Shown here in pieces: positions 56,945-64,000 of a DNA stretch of 64,000 nt. How positions within the stretch are numbered: the first letter of the stretch is position 1; every line of letters starts with the position of its first letter. Position numbers and translations under genes: made by a program. Under the pieces are notes generated by a model. That model was not told where the DNA came from and searched no databases. It saw nothing but the letters and a program-made list of their open reading frames with translations. This DNA comes from Berkelbacteria bacterium GW2011_GWE1_39_12 (GTDB taxonomy: Bacteria; Patescibacteriota; UBA1384; UBA12157), in assembly GCA_001029735.1 (NCBI GenBank), contig CP011213.1, forward strand, positions 656,298-720,297, in the 5' to 3' direction.

Positions 56945-56954
56945 CTCTTTCTCA

Positions 56955-56985
56955 AAAATGAGCAACAGGTGTTGCTCATTTTTGT
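56955..56985 (+). terminator. Rho-independent terminator
   Basis: ATGAGCAACAggtgTTGCTCAT hairpin followed by TTTTG. Confidence 0.5.
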
Positions 56986-57053
56986 ATTGCAAGTTAAATA
57001 ATTTAAGTTTTTAAAATGATATGATTTATGTGTAAACGAAAAAAAGAGGCAAA

Positions 57054-57617
57054 ATGTATAAACCAAAAGATTATGGACAACTGCTGGGGCATGGAGTTTT
57101 AAGCGATGAATTATTAAATACTCATTTTAAATTGTATGAAGGTTATGTAAATAACACGAATCAAATGTTAGAACTTCTGGATAATATAGATCCTGGGACA
57201 CTTGAATACTCGGAAATTCAGCGAAGATTTTCATGGGAATGGGACGGAATGAGATTGCATGAGCTTTATTTCGATAATTTAACTGAGGAAGAAAAAGACT
57301 TTAACATTAACTCTGAATTAGGCAAAAAAATCAATGAGATTTACGGTGACTTTGAAACTTGGAGAAAGAATTTTCTTTCAGTTGCCTCAATGCGGGGGAT
57401 TGGATGGACGATTTTATATTATGACGAATCTTCAAAAGAGCTTTTCAATGTTTGGATAAATGAACATGATGGCGGACATTTTGTTGGCTGTAAACCTATC
57501 CTAGTTATTGATTGTTTTGAGCACGCTTACTTTCAAGATTTTGGGTCTAAAAGACCCGACTATTTAGAAAAAATCTTTTCACATATTGATTGGGAAAAAG
57601 TAACTGAAAGATTTTAG
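57054..57617 (+). CDS. Superoxide dismutase, Fe/Mn family (divergent N-terminal His pair)
   Basis: C-terminal DCFEHAYFQDFGSKRPDYLEKIFSHIDWEKV aligns with SOD DVWEHAYYL.YQNRRPDYI..FWNVVNWDEV. N-terminal YVNNTN aligns with YVNNLN, but only one His sits in the usual HHxKHH position. Confidence 0.6.
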   Translation: MYKPKDYGQLLGHGVLSDELLNTHFKLYEGYVNNTNQMLELLDNIDPGTLEYSEIQRRFSWEWDGMRLHELYFDNLTEEEKDFNINSELGKKINEIYGDFETWRKNFLSVASMRGIGWTILYYDESSKELFNVWINEHDGGHFVGCKPILVIDCFEHAYFQDFGSKRPDYLEKIFSHIDWEKVTERF

Positions 57618-57619
57618 CA

Positions 57620-57655
57620 CTAAAAAAACGAGGGTAAATTACCTCGTTTTTTTAG
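57620..57655. terminator. Bidirectional terminator between SOD-like gene and rubrerythrin
   Basis: ACGAGGGTAAATTACCTCGT hairpin with an A-run on one side and a T-run on the other. Confidence 0.5.
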
Positions 57656-57661
57656 TATAGA

Positions 57662-58219
57662 TTATCTTAATACATTAAGTTGCATGTACCAGCCATGTGG
57701 TTTTCCGCAAGCAGGGCAAATATCCGGAGGAGTTTTGCCATTATGGATATAGCCGCAATTTAGGCATTTCCATTCCACTTCTTCCTCTGCTTCAAAAAGT
57801 ATATTATCTTCTAACATTTTGACTAGTTTTAAGTATCTTTCTTCATGTTTTTCTTCAACTTCACCAATTTCTTTAAACATGTCGGCAATTTCTGTTTGGT
57901 CTTCTTCTCTGGCGATTTTTTCAAAACCTGGGTACATGGTACCCCATTCGTATTTTTCGCCGTCAGCAGCAGCCTTAATATTTTCAATTGTTTTTCTGAC
58001 CGCATGAATATTGTACGTATTCGTCATTTCAGCTTGATCTTCGATAAAATGCAATTCTCTCTCAGCATGCGCTCTTTCATTGTCTGCAGTTTCTTCAAAG
58101 ACTCTGGCGACCCATTCAAGACCTTCTGCTCGTGCTTGTTTGGCAAAAAGAGTGTATTTGTTTCTTGCCATCGATTCGCCGGCAAAAGCTTTTAGTAAAT
58201 TTTCTTGTGTTTTACTCAC
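57662..58219 (-). CDS. Rubrerythrin
   Basis: Ferritin-like di-iron motifs (E..AH twice) plus C-terminal rubredoxin-like CLNCGYIH...CPACG. Confidence 0.85.
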   Translation of the reverse strand: MSKTQENLLKAFAGESMARNKYTLFAKQARAEGLEWVARVFEETADNERAHAERELHFIEDQAEMTNTYNIHAVRKTIENIKAAADGEKYEWGTMYPGFEKIAREEDQTEIADMFKEIGEVEEKHEERYLKLVKMLEDNILFEAEEEVEWKCLNCGYIHNGKTPPDICPACGKPHGWYMQLNVLR

Positions 58220-58260
58220 GATTTTCTCCTTCTTTTTAACTAACTAATTCAATTTTACAT

Positions 58261-58689
58261 TTAAAGTAGTTTAAGAGCAATCGCATTAATACAATACCTT
58301 TTGTGAGTTGGCGGTGGTCCATCGTTAAATACATGCCCCAAATGCGCATTGCAACGAGCACAGCTTACTTCTGTTCTTATTATGCCAAAACTGCTGTCTT
58401 CCTTTTTGATTACATTTAGCGGGGAGATTGGTTCAAAAAAGCTTGGCCAGCCAGTGCCTGATTCAAATTTCGTGCCGAAATTAAATAAAGCCGTACCGCA
58501 ACATACACAGCCATAAATTCCTTTTTCTTTTGGTGGTACTGGACAAATGCTTGAAAATGCTGATTCAGTGCCATGCAGTCGTGTTATTTTGTATTGGTCT
58601 GGCGTCAAAATCTTCTGCCATTCCGAGTTTGTTTTGTTTATTTTTTCTACTTCTTCCAGTTTGTCTATTTTAGGGTTATAAATTTTCAT
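58261..58689 (-). CDS. msrB: Peptide-methionine (R)-S-oxide reductase
   Basis: Zinc CxxC pairs and catalytic RCNAHLGHVFNDGP...RYCINA. Confidence 0.9.
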   Translation of the reverse strand: MKIYNPKIDKLEEVEKINKTNSEWQKILTPDQYKITRLHGTESAFSSICPVPPKEKGIYGCVCCGTALFNFGTKFESGTGWPSFFEPISPLNVIKKEDSSFGIIRTEVSCARCNAHLGHVFNDGPPPTHKRYCINAIALKLL

Positions 58690-58690
58690 T

Positions 58691-59191
58691 TTAAATATGG
58701 CATCCTTGTCCTGGGTGCTTAAGAAAATATTTCTGATGATAGTCTTCGGCTTTGAAAAAAGGTCCTGCCGACTCTATTTCCGTCACTATCTTACTTTGTA
58801 ATAAACCAGTCTCTTCCATTTTACGTCTAGATTTTTCTGCCATATTTTTCTGATGTTCAGTTGTGTAAAAAATTGCTGATCTGTACTGAGATCCGACATC
58901 TGGTCCTTGTCGGTTGATGGTCGTCGGGTCGTGGATTTGCCAAAATGTACTTAATAAATCGTTAAAAGAAACTTTTTTAGGATCATATACAACTTCTACT
59001 GTTTCGGCATGACCAGTCATATTTGAACAAACTTGCTCATAGGTGGGGTTTTCTGTTTTTCCACCCATAAAACCCACTTCTGTTTTTAACACTCCAGAAA
59101 TTTTATAAAATGCTTCTTCAACACCCCAAAAACAGCCGGCTGCAAAAAATACTTTTTCATATTTTTCTGTTGTCATAATTGTATTATACAC
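58691..59191 (-). CDS. msrA: Peptide-methionine (S)-S-oxide reductase
   Basis: GCFWGVE active-site motif. Confidence 0.9.
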   Translation of the reverse strand: MYNTIMTTEKYEKVFFAAGCFWGVEEAFYKISGVLKTEVGFMGGKTENPTYEQVCSNMTGHAETVEVVYDPKKVSFNDLLSTFWQIHDPTTINRQGPDVGSQYRSAIFYTTEHQKNMAEKSRRKMEETGLLQSKIVTEIESAGPFFKAEDYHQKYFLKHPGQGCHI

Positions 59192-59246
59192 TTCTAAAGC
59201 AATGTTTAATTGATCTTTTTGTTAAAAAGTGATAGGATTGATTGAA

Positions 59247-60482
59247 ATGCAAAACATATTTGATGTGGCTATTATTGGCGGAGGACCAGCAGGAATGATG
59301 GCGGCGATCACTGCTGCAGAAAAGAAAAATAATTCATCTGAATTATCCGTGGTTTTGTTAGAAAAAAATGATTCCCTGGGCAAAAAAATTTTGGCTACTG
59401 GTAATGGCCGTTGTAATCTAACCAATCGTTTCGCAGAAAAATCCCGTTATCACGGCGGCGATCAGCAATTTATCTCTAATGTACTATCATCTTTTGATCA
59501 ATTCAAAACTATGCAATTTTTCGAAGAGCTAGGGATTGTTTTAAAGGAAGAGGATAATGGCAGGATTTTTCCAAGAACTAATCAAGCACAAACAATCATT
59601 GACGCGCTAAATCATAGACTGCAAGAAGATAAAGTAAATGTTAGATTGAATTCTATTGTCAAACGGATATCCAAAAACAGTGGTAATTTTGAAATTACGC
59701 TTAACGATGGCACTGTGATAAATTCAAAAAAAGTTGTTATAACCGCAGGCGGAAAATCATCTTCCCAATTTGGATCTACTGGCGATGGCTATTATTGGGC
59801 AGAGAACTTAGGCCACAAAACGACAGAAACTTATCCAGCTTTAGTTCCTTTAGAGACGGTGGAAGATTGGCCAAAGGAGTTGTCAGGTCTGCGTTTAGAG
59901 GGTAGAACCTTTGTAACCGATGGTGATAAAATAATTTCTGAAAAAAATGGCGACATTTTGTTCACCCATTTCGGTCTTTCTGCTCCTTCGGTTATGGCAC
60001 ATGCGGGACGCATTGCTCCGTTTTTTAATCACAAATTAACAATTCATTTAGATATTTTCTTGGATTTGAGCGAAAAAGATTTGGATAGTACATTAATTAA
60101 GATTTTTGAATCAAGCGGGAAAAAGGAATTAAAAAACGCGCTTTCTGGCATACTGCCGAATAACTTATCGCCTGTTGTTTTGAGATTATTGGAAATTCGA
60201 GCTGAAAAGAAAACTGCCGAAATAAGTAAAGAAGACAGGCTTAAAATTGTTAAATTCTTAAAAGATATTCCATTAGAAATAAAACAAACCCGGCCTTTCA
60301 AAGAAGCTCAGGTGACAAGCGGGGGAGTAGCACTCGACGATATTAATGAAAAGACTTTAGAGTCCAAAAAAACAAAAGGTTTATATTTTGCTGGGGAAAT
60401 ATTAGATGTTGACGGCGATTCTGGTGGTTTTAACTTACAATGGGCATGGTCATCTGGCCATCTTGCAGGTAACCTTCAATAG
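59247..60482 (+). CDS. HI0933-like / BaiN-family NAD(P)/FAD-dependent flavoprotein
   Basis: DVAIIGGGPAGMMAA dinucleotide-binding fold, then GNGRCNLTN, characteristic of the HI0933 family. Confidence 0.8.
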   Translation: MQNIFDVAIIGGGPAGMMAAITAAEKKNNSSELSVVLLEKNDSLGKKILATGNGRCNLTNRFAEKSRYHGGDQQFISNVLSSFDQFKTMQFFEELGIVLKEEDNGRIFPRTNQAQTIIDALNHRLQEDKVNVRLNSIVKRISKNSGNFEITLNDGTVINSKKVVITAGGKSSSQFGSTGDGYYWAENLGHKTTETYPALVPLETVEDWPKELSGLRLEGRTFVTDGDKIISEKNGDILFTHFGLSAPSVMAHAGRIAPFFNHKLTIHLDIFLDLSEKDLDSTLIKIFESSGKKELKNALSGILPNNLSPVVLRLLEIRAEKKTAEISKEDRLKIVKFLKDIPLEIKQTRPFKEAQVTSGGVALDDINEKTLESKKTKGLYFAGEILDVDGDSGGFNLQWAWSSGHLAGNLQ

Positions 60483-60983
60483 TTAAATTCTATCTTCATC
60501 TTTTTCCGTTTTCAATTCAAGGATGCTCAGATACCCGAGTAAAATACCAAGTGTCATAAACCAAATAAAACCTAGAAGACCAAAAATCCAATAGATCTTT
60601 TTTTTGCCAAATTCATAAGCTGATTTTCCAATTAAGCAGGCCATGAATATCATGACAAATATTTCTAAAATATTTATATACAAAATAAATCCCTGCAAAT
60701 AACGCATTAATATATCCAAGATAATTTTTAATGAGAATAGAATTAAAAATTTTTCAGTAAACTCTTGAAAGAAAATATCAGTAGATCTAGTTTCTATTCC
60801 TTTTGAAAAAAACTTTTCAATTTTTTTTGATTTAGAACAAAAAATCAAAAAAATCCCGGTTATTAACCAGAAGAAGTAATCCCAACTGAAGGCCTTATTT
60901 ATTACCACCAAAAATAACGTCATTGAGGAGATAATGACGCCAAATAGAAGTGAATAGATTTTGTAGTTTTTATTATTTTGCAT
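60483..60983 (-). CDS. Hypothetical membrane protein
   Basis: 166 aa with four hydrophobic helices and no motif. Confidence 0.35.
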   Translation of the reverse strand: MQNNKNYKIYSLLFGVIISSMTLFLVVINKAFSWDYFFWLITGIFLIFCSKSKKIEKFFSKGIETRSTDIFFQEFTEKFLILFSLKIILDILMRYLQGFILYINILEIFVMIFMACLIGKSAYEFGKKKIYWIFGLLGFIWFMTLGILLGYLSILELKTEKDEDRI

Positions 60984-61050
60984 AATTTCGCAGTGTTTCT
61001 AAGTCGTTTGCTATTATAGGCTGTTTTCGGAGAAAAGTCAAGGCTCGATA

Positions 61051-61620
61051 CTATTTTAAAATTATTCGTTTGATTTCTGCTAGGTTTGATAAGACAAAAA
61101 TAATTAAATATATTGTGACTCCCGGAAAAATAACTAAATTTTCAAACCATTCTCCGGTTGCCACGCGAAATCCATTAAGCGGTTTTGGTGGAATGCCAAA
61201 AAAGCGATGATAAGGGAACAATAATGGAATTCCCTCGTTGGTGAACATATCAGCGAGAAGGTGGAAAAAGTAAGAAATAATCGTACAGATAAAAACTAAA
61301 CGAGTATCGATTCCCCAATAAGGAGGAAAAGTTTTGAATAAATAATAAAATCCTATACTAACGATGATGATACCCAATAATGAATGAGTAATGTTGCGGT
61401 GTTCTAAAAAAGGATCAGAAATTTTAGCAAAAACATGTCCAAACGGTAAAATGTGCCAAAGTTTCCCGGTTGGCTGATCAACGTCTGGTAGTAATGCTGC
61501 AATATAAGAAAAAACTAAAACGGCGCTTAAAGTTGCCGGATTATAGGTTGAATTAGAATTGACTAAAAAACATGTGAATCCTGAGGTGAGCCTGATTATT
61601 TGATGTGTTTTTGCTGTCAT
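61051..61620 (-). CDS. Membrane-bound metal-dependent hydrolase (YdjM/DUF457-like)
   Basis: LLPDVDQPTGKLWHILPFGH and FEHRNITHS His/Asp-rich motifs within a multi-TM protein. Confidence 0.55.
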   Translation of the reverse strand: MTAKTHQIIRLTSGFTCFLVNSNSTYNPATLSAVLVFSYIAALLPDVDQPTGKLWHILPFGHVFAKISDPFLEHRNITHSLLGIIIVSIGFYYLFKTFPPYWGIDTRLVFICTIISYFFHLLADMFTNEGIPLLFPYHRFFGIPPKPLNGFRVATGEWFENLVIFPGVTIYLIIFVLSNLAEIKRIILK

Positions 61621-61654
61621 AGCTCTATTTTACTCTTTAAGTTAAGCCTCCTCA

Positions 61655-61685
61655 AATTAAAAACCCGCTCATAAAGCGGGTTGAT
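61655..61685 (-). terminator. Rho-independent terminator for the 61686-62252 gene
   Basis: The minus strand reads CCCGCTTTATGAGCGGG followed by TTTTT. Confidence 0.5.
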
Positions 61686-62252
61686 TTAGGATGCGTTGAT
61701 CAACTCAAAGGCCCTTTCGATTTCTAAGGCAGCATCGTATATCCTGTTGGTTCGGACAGAAGACGGTAATGTAAGGTCAAGCTCACAGTAGGACAAGATT
61801 CTATCGCAGCCTCTGGTTTGTATTTCTGATTCGGCCAGAAATTGACAAAGTGTTTCTACCTCAAAGAGGGAAAGGCCATTTCGCGCCACAATCTCGTCGA
61901 AAACTTCCGAAGGGATCGTGCGTTCATAAATCGACCGAGGCGAGCCGCAGTATTCTGATAACCAAATTACTTCTTGCATTTGTTTGTCCGGTGTTGAATA
62001 AGAAATAAGCGGGGTGCCAAGTTCCCTGCTAATTTCTCTGGTTAATAGTTTGATGTTTTTCCCCTTCCCATAGAAATAGAAAGAATAGACAAGCTGTCTG
62101 CAATCATAATGGTAGCAATGTTTAGCCTTTACAATTACTCTATCGGCGGTCTCTTCATCTATTATTATCTTGAAAAACTCGCCGTCTTTGGCTTCCAGCA
62201 AAGAAGTAATAACAGGGAGACCATCAAGCGCTATTTTCCAGAATAGTTTCAT
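61686..62252 (-). CDS. Hypothetical protein
   Basis: 188-aa ORF with no motif. Confidence 0.35.
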   Translation of the reverse strand: MKLFWKIALDGLPVITSLLEAKDGEFFKIIIDEETADRVIVKAKHCYHYDCRQLVYSFYFYGKGKNIKLLTREISRELGTPLISYSTPDKQMQEVIWLSEYCGSPRSIYERTIPSEVFDEIVARNGLSLFEVETLCQFLAESEIQTRGCDRILSYCELDLTLPSSVRTNRIYDAALEIERAFELINAS

Positions 62253-62408
62253 GTCTTCCTCCTATTTGAGAATTAGATTTCTAAGGAAATCTAATTCTTT
62301 GTATTGTTCAGGTGCTCGTTCTCTCTATTAGAACAGATTATTCTACTTTTATTATATCAAAAAGTCAAGAAAAAACCCGGCGCACTGGCGACGGGTTGGT
62401 GGGTTGGT

Positions 62409-62552
62409 TAGCCAAAGACTGGTACTGGCATTATGTCTTCGCCGATCCAGTCTGGATCTGGTGGTTCGGGCATCATTTTTGGAAAGCTTTGGTCATCTGC
62501 TAGTGCTTCTTGTGTCTCATCGTCTTCCGTGCGTTTTTCCAAATTATCCATT
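62409..62552 (-). CDS. Unlisted small acidic ORF (47 aa, MDNLEKRTEDDETQEALADDQSF...) with strong SD
   Basis: The minus strand has TAAGGAGGAGAAA before ATG at 62552. The ORF runs to a stop at 62409 and has hairpin+T-run terminators on both sides. It is absent from the supplied ORF track, which starts at 60 aa. Confidence 0.3.
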
Positions 62553-62827
62553 TTCTCCTCCTTAAGACAAAAAACCGCCTTTGTTGGCGGTGCTCTTTGA
62601 GAAACCTATTTTGTTGTAATGCTTTAGATGATCCGCCACTCATCAAAACTGAGATCTTTTTTGAGATCTTTACTAATGATGTTTAGTTTGGCGCAATTCA
62701 TATAAGGCATCGTATTCATTTTATCAAAAATTTTGTTGAAAAACAAGTAAATTAGCAAATTTGCTTTTTTAATTACAATAGGTTAAAACAAATGGGAGGA
62801 GTTAGAATCTTGAAAATGAGGTGTGTG

Positions 62828-64000
62828 ATGGAAGAGTTTGATTTTGCCAGAGCGCTGACGGAAATTATTGGAAAAAGAGATGCAATGTCTGAACAAATAA
62901 GACCAATGATGGCTGAAGAAGCCACTAAAAGAGGTCAGAATGCAGACTATATAAAGACGGGAAAACTCTCCAATATTACGGTTGACGACTACTTAAGAAA
63001 AGATCCGATGTTGGCTGCTTGGTGGAATATGCTCGATTGTCTAGCTGAGGGCTTTTTCAAACATGCATTTGATTATTGGTCAAAGCTTAGGGATAGGCTT
63101 GACAAGGACGATATTGATTTGTATGCCAAGGTGATGATTGAAGAGGCTTGTCATAGCACGGAAACGGAAAATCTTTTCACCTCCAGCGGCTACTTTTGGC
63201 TTCTGAGAAAACTCGATGCTGGTGAGCTGGATACTTATGTTGATTTCGAGTTGGAGAAAGAAATCATCAACCGAGGGTTCTGGCAGTATGCCGGCAAATA
63301 TTTCTCTAAGGCAGGGTATCCCTGTTCTTACGATGTGGATGATTTTGAATTGATACAGAAATATCTAACACGTGTAGATCTGAGGACTGTGAAGGATCAT
63401 GCAAATCTTGTGCTTTGGGGAAGTCTGCCTTGGCCGAACAAATCTTACCAAGATGCGGTAAAGCAAGTTGAGCCAGAGCTTTCGCGAGATGAAATAGTTG
63501 TTCTGATTCGTCCGATTATAGATCGAGCAATTCACGAAGCAAGAATTGACGAATGTCGTCATGATCATATGGATGAAATTATGGTCCGCTGTATTCGAAT
63601 TTACGATTCGTATCTCGATCATCCAGTGATTCAAGATTTGCTAAAGGAATCAATCAAAGAAGTGTTATATGATATTTCCTCCTCTTATGGCTGGGAAAAC
63701 GCCAAGATTTTTAAGCAGTTAATCAATTTGGTTCTGCTTAATGATTTTGACCTGATTCAGCTTGCCAGTAAGTCGTTGCCGGACATACCTAATCTAGGGG
63801 TCTATTTGGTGGAGAATAATCTAGATCCTTGCTACTTTAACCGTGAGGTCCAGGTAAAGGTTTGCCAGATGATTAAGGACGGTGTGGCTTATTGGGAAAT
63901 TCACGATAGGAGTGCTATTGTACCTTATCTTGCCTGTATACAGCAGGCAGTTAAAGCCGGTTGGCTTGATCGCGAATGGGCAATTGGTTATGTTCAGCCC
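62828..64000 (+). CDS. Large hypothetical protein, open to the window end (over 391 aa, 3' partial)
   Basis: ATG at 62828 after GGGAGGAG. I translated it manually and found no stop through 64000. It is missing from the supplied ORF track, presumably because it has no in-window stop. Moderately GC-richer. Confidence 0.5.
   Translation, partial: MEEFDFARALTEIIGKRDAMSEQIRPMMAEEATKRGQNADYIKTGKLSNITVDDYLRKDPMLAAWWNMLDCLAEGFFKHAFDYWSKLRDRLDKDDIDLYAKVMIEEACHSTETENLFTSSGYFWLLRKLDAGELDTYVDFELEKEIINRGFWQYAGKYFSKAGYPCSYDVDDFELIQKYLTRVDLRTVKDHANLVLWGSLPWPNKSYQDAVKQVEPELSRDEIVVLIRPIIDRAIHEARIDECRHDHMDEIMVRCIRIYDSYLDHPVIQDLLKESIKEVLYDISSSYGWENAKIFKQLINLVLLNDFDLIQLASKSLPDIPNLGVYLVENNLDPCYFNREVQVKVCQMIKDGVAYWEIHDRSAIVPYLACIQQAVKAGWLDREWAIGYVQP

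Noticed and set aside
63365-63634. 89-aa minus-strand ORF
   Set aside because: Antisense within a long, SD-preceded plus-strand ORF that is open to the window end.

Overview
This window looks like a low-GC (~33-36%) bacterial chromosome segment, about 80% coding, with many reduced enzymes (pyruvate kinase, MiaB and ThrRS each missing a terminal domain). I infer a small, streamlined genome, possibly CPR/Patescibacteria-like. Nothing here is confirmed by a search; family calls rest on motifs I can read directly.

**Core content.**
- Translation and RNA processing: rpsP, a KH-domain protein and trmD in the conserved order, rplY, typA, thrS, smpB, rny, hup, and a MiaB-like tRNA methylthiotransferase.
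- dTMP synthesis, all on the minus strand: dut, a P-loop kinase, dCMP deaminase, glyA, an unusually long ThyX-like gene, and tmk.
- An oxidative-stress cluster: an SOD-family protein, rubrerythrin, msrB, msrA and an HI0933-like flavoprotein.
- Three ABC-2 type transporter loci.
- Envelope-stress-type genes resembling Bacillus yvlB/yvlC/yvlD: a LiaF-like protein, a PspC-domain protein and a DUF360 protein.
- Ten tRNA genes (Pro-TGG, Gly-TCC, Arg-TCT, His-GTG, Glu-TTC, Arg-TCG, Lys-CTT, Pro-CGG, Arg-CCT) and a tmRNA (ssrA).

**Accessory region (~27.4-34.1 kb).** This is where I would look first.
- The 3' end of ssrA, with its terminator, is repeated three more times downstream, at ~30.2, ~30.9 and ~33.1 kb. 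That pattern suggests a tandem series of small integrated islets with no integrase left.
- The first islet carries eleven 10-bp-phased iterons with DnaA-box-like units.
- It also carries a hypothetical protein with an Rx4H (HEPN/Abi-like) motif. Its start sits next to a G9 homopolymer, which is rare in a genome this AT-rich.
- The same islet has a frameshifted AlbA_2/Schlafen-like gene.
- Together these make my best candidate for a phage-defense or abortive-infection-type module.
- A later islet carries higher-GC cargo: peptidase E and an L-asparaginase. A ~50-nt copy of the pepE 5' end sits upstream of rsgA and marks the right edge.

**Other oddities.**
- Most tRNA genes here are flanked by decayed partial self-copies, with a hairpin inserted where the D-arm or T-loop should be. 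I read these as serial integration scars.
- A 15-aa leader ORF, made by duplicating the ribosome-binding region, overlaps the LiaF-like gene start by ATGA.
- An XRE-type HTH and an Hsp20 domain are joined in one frame, with an internal SD+ATG.
- A duplicated TTGACG-N17-TATAAT promoter sits upstream of the KH gene.
- A perfect 3 x 45-bp tandem repeat lies upstream of a flippase-like gene.
- Two genes are disrupted by frameshifts.

I see no CRISPR array, rRNA, transposase or integrase.
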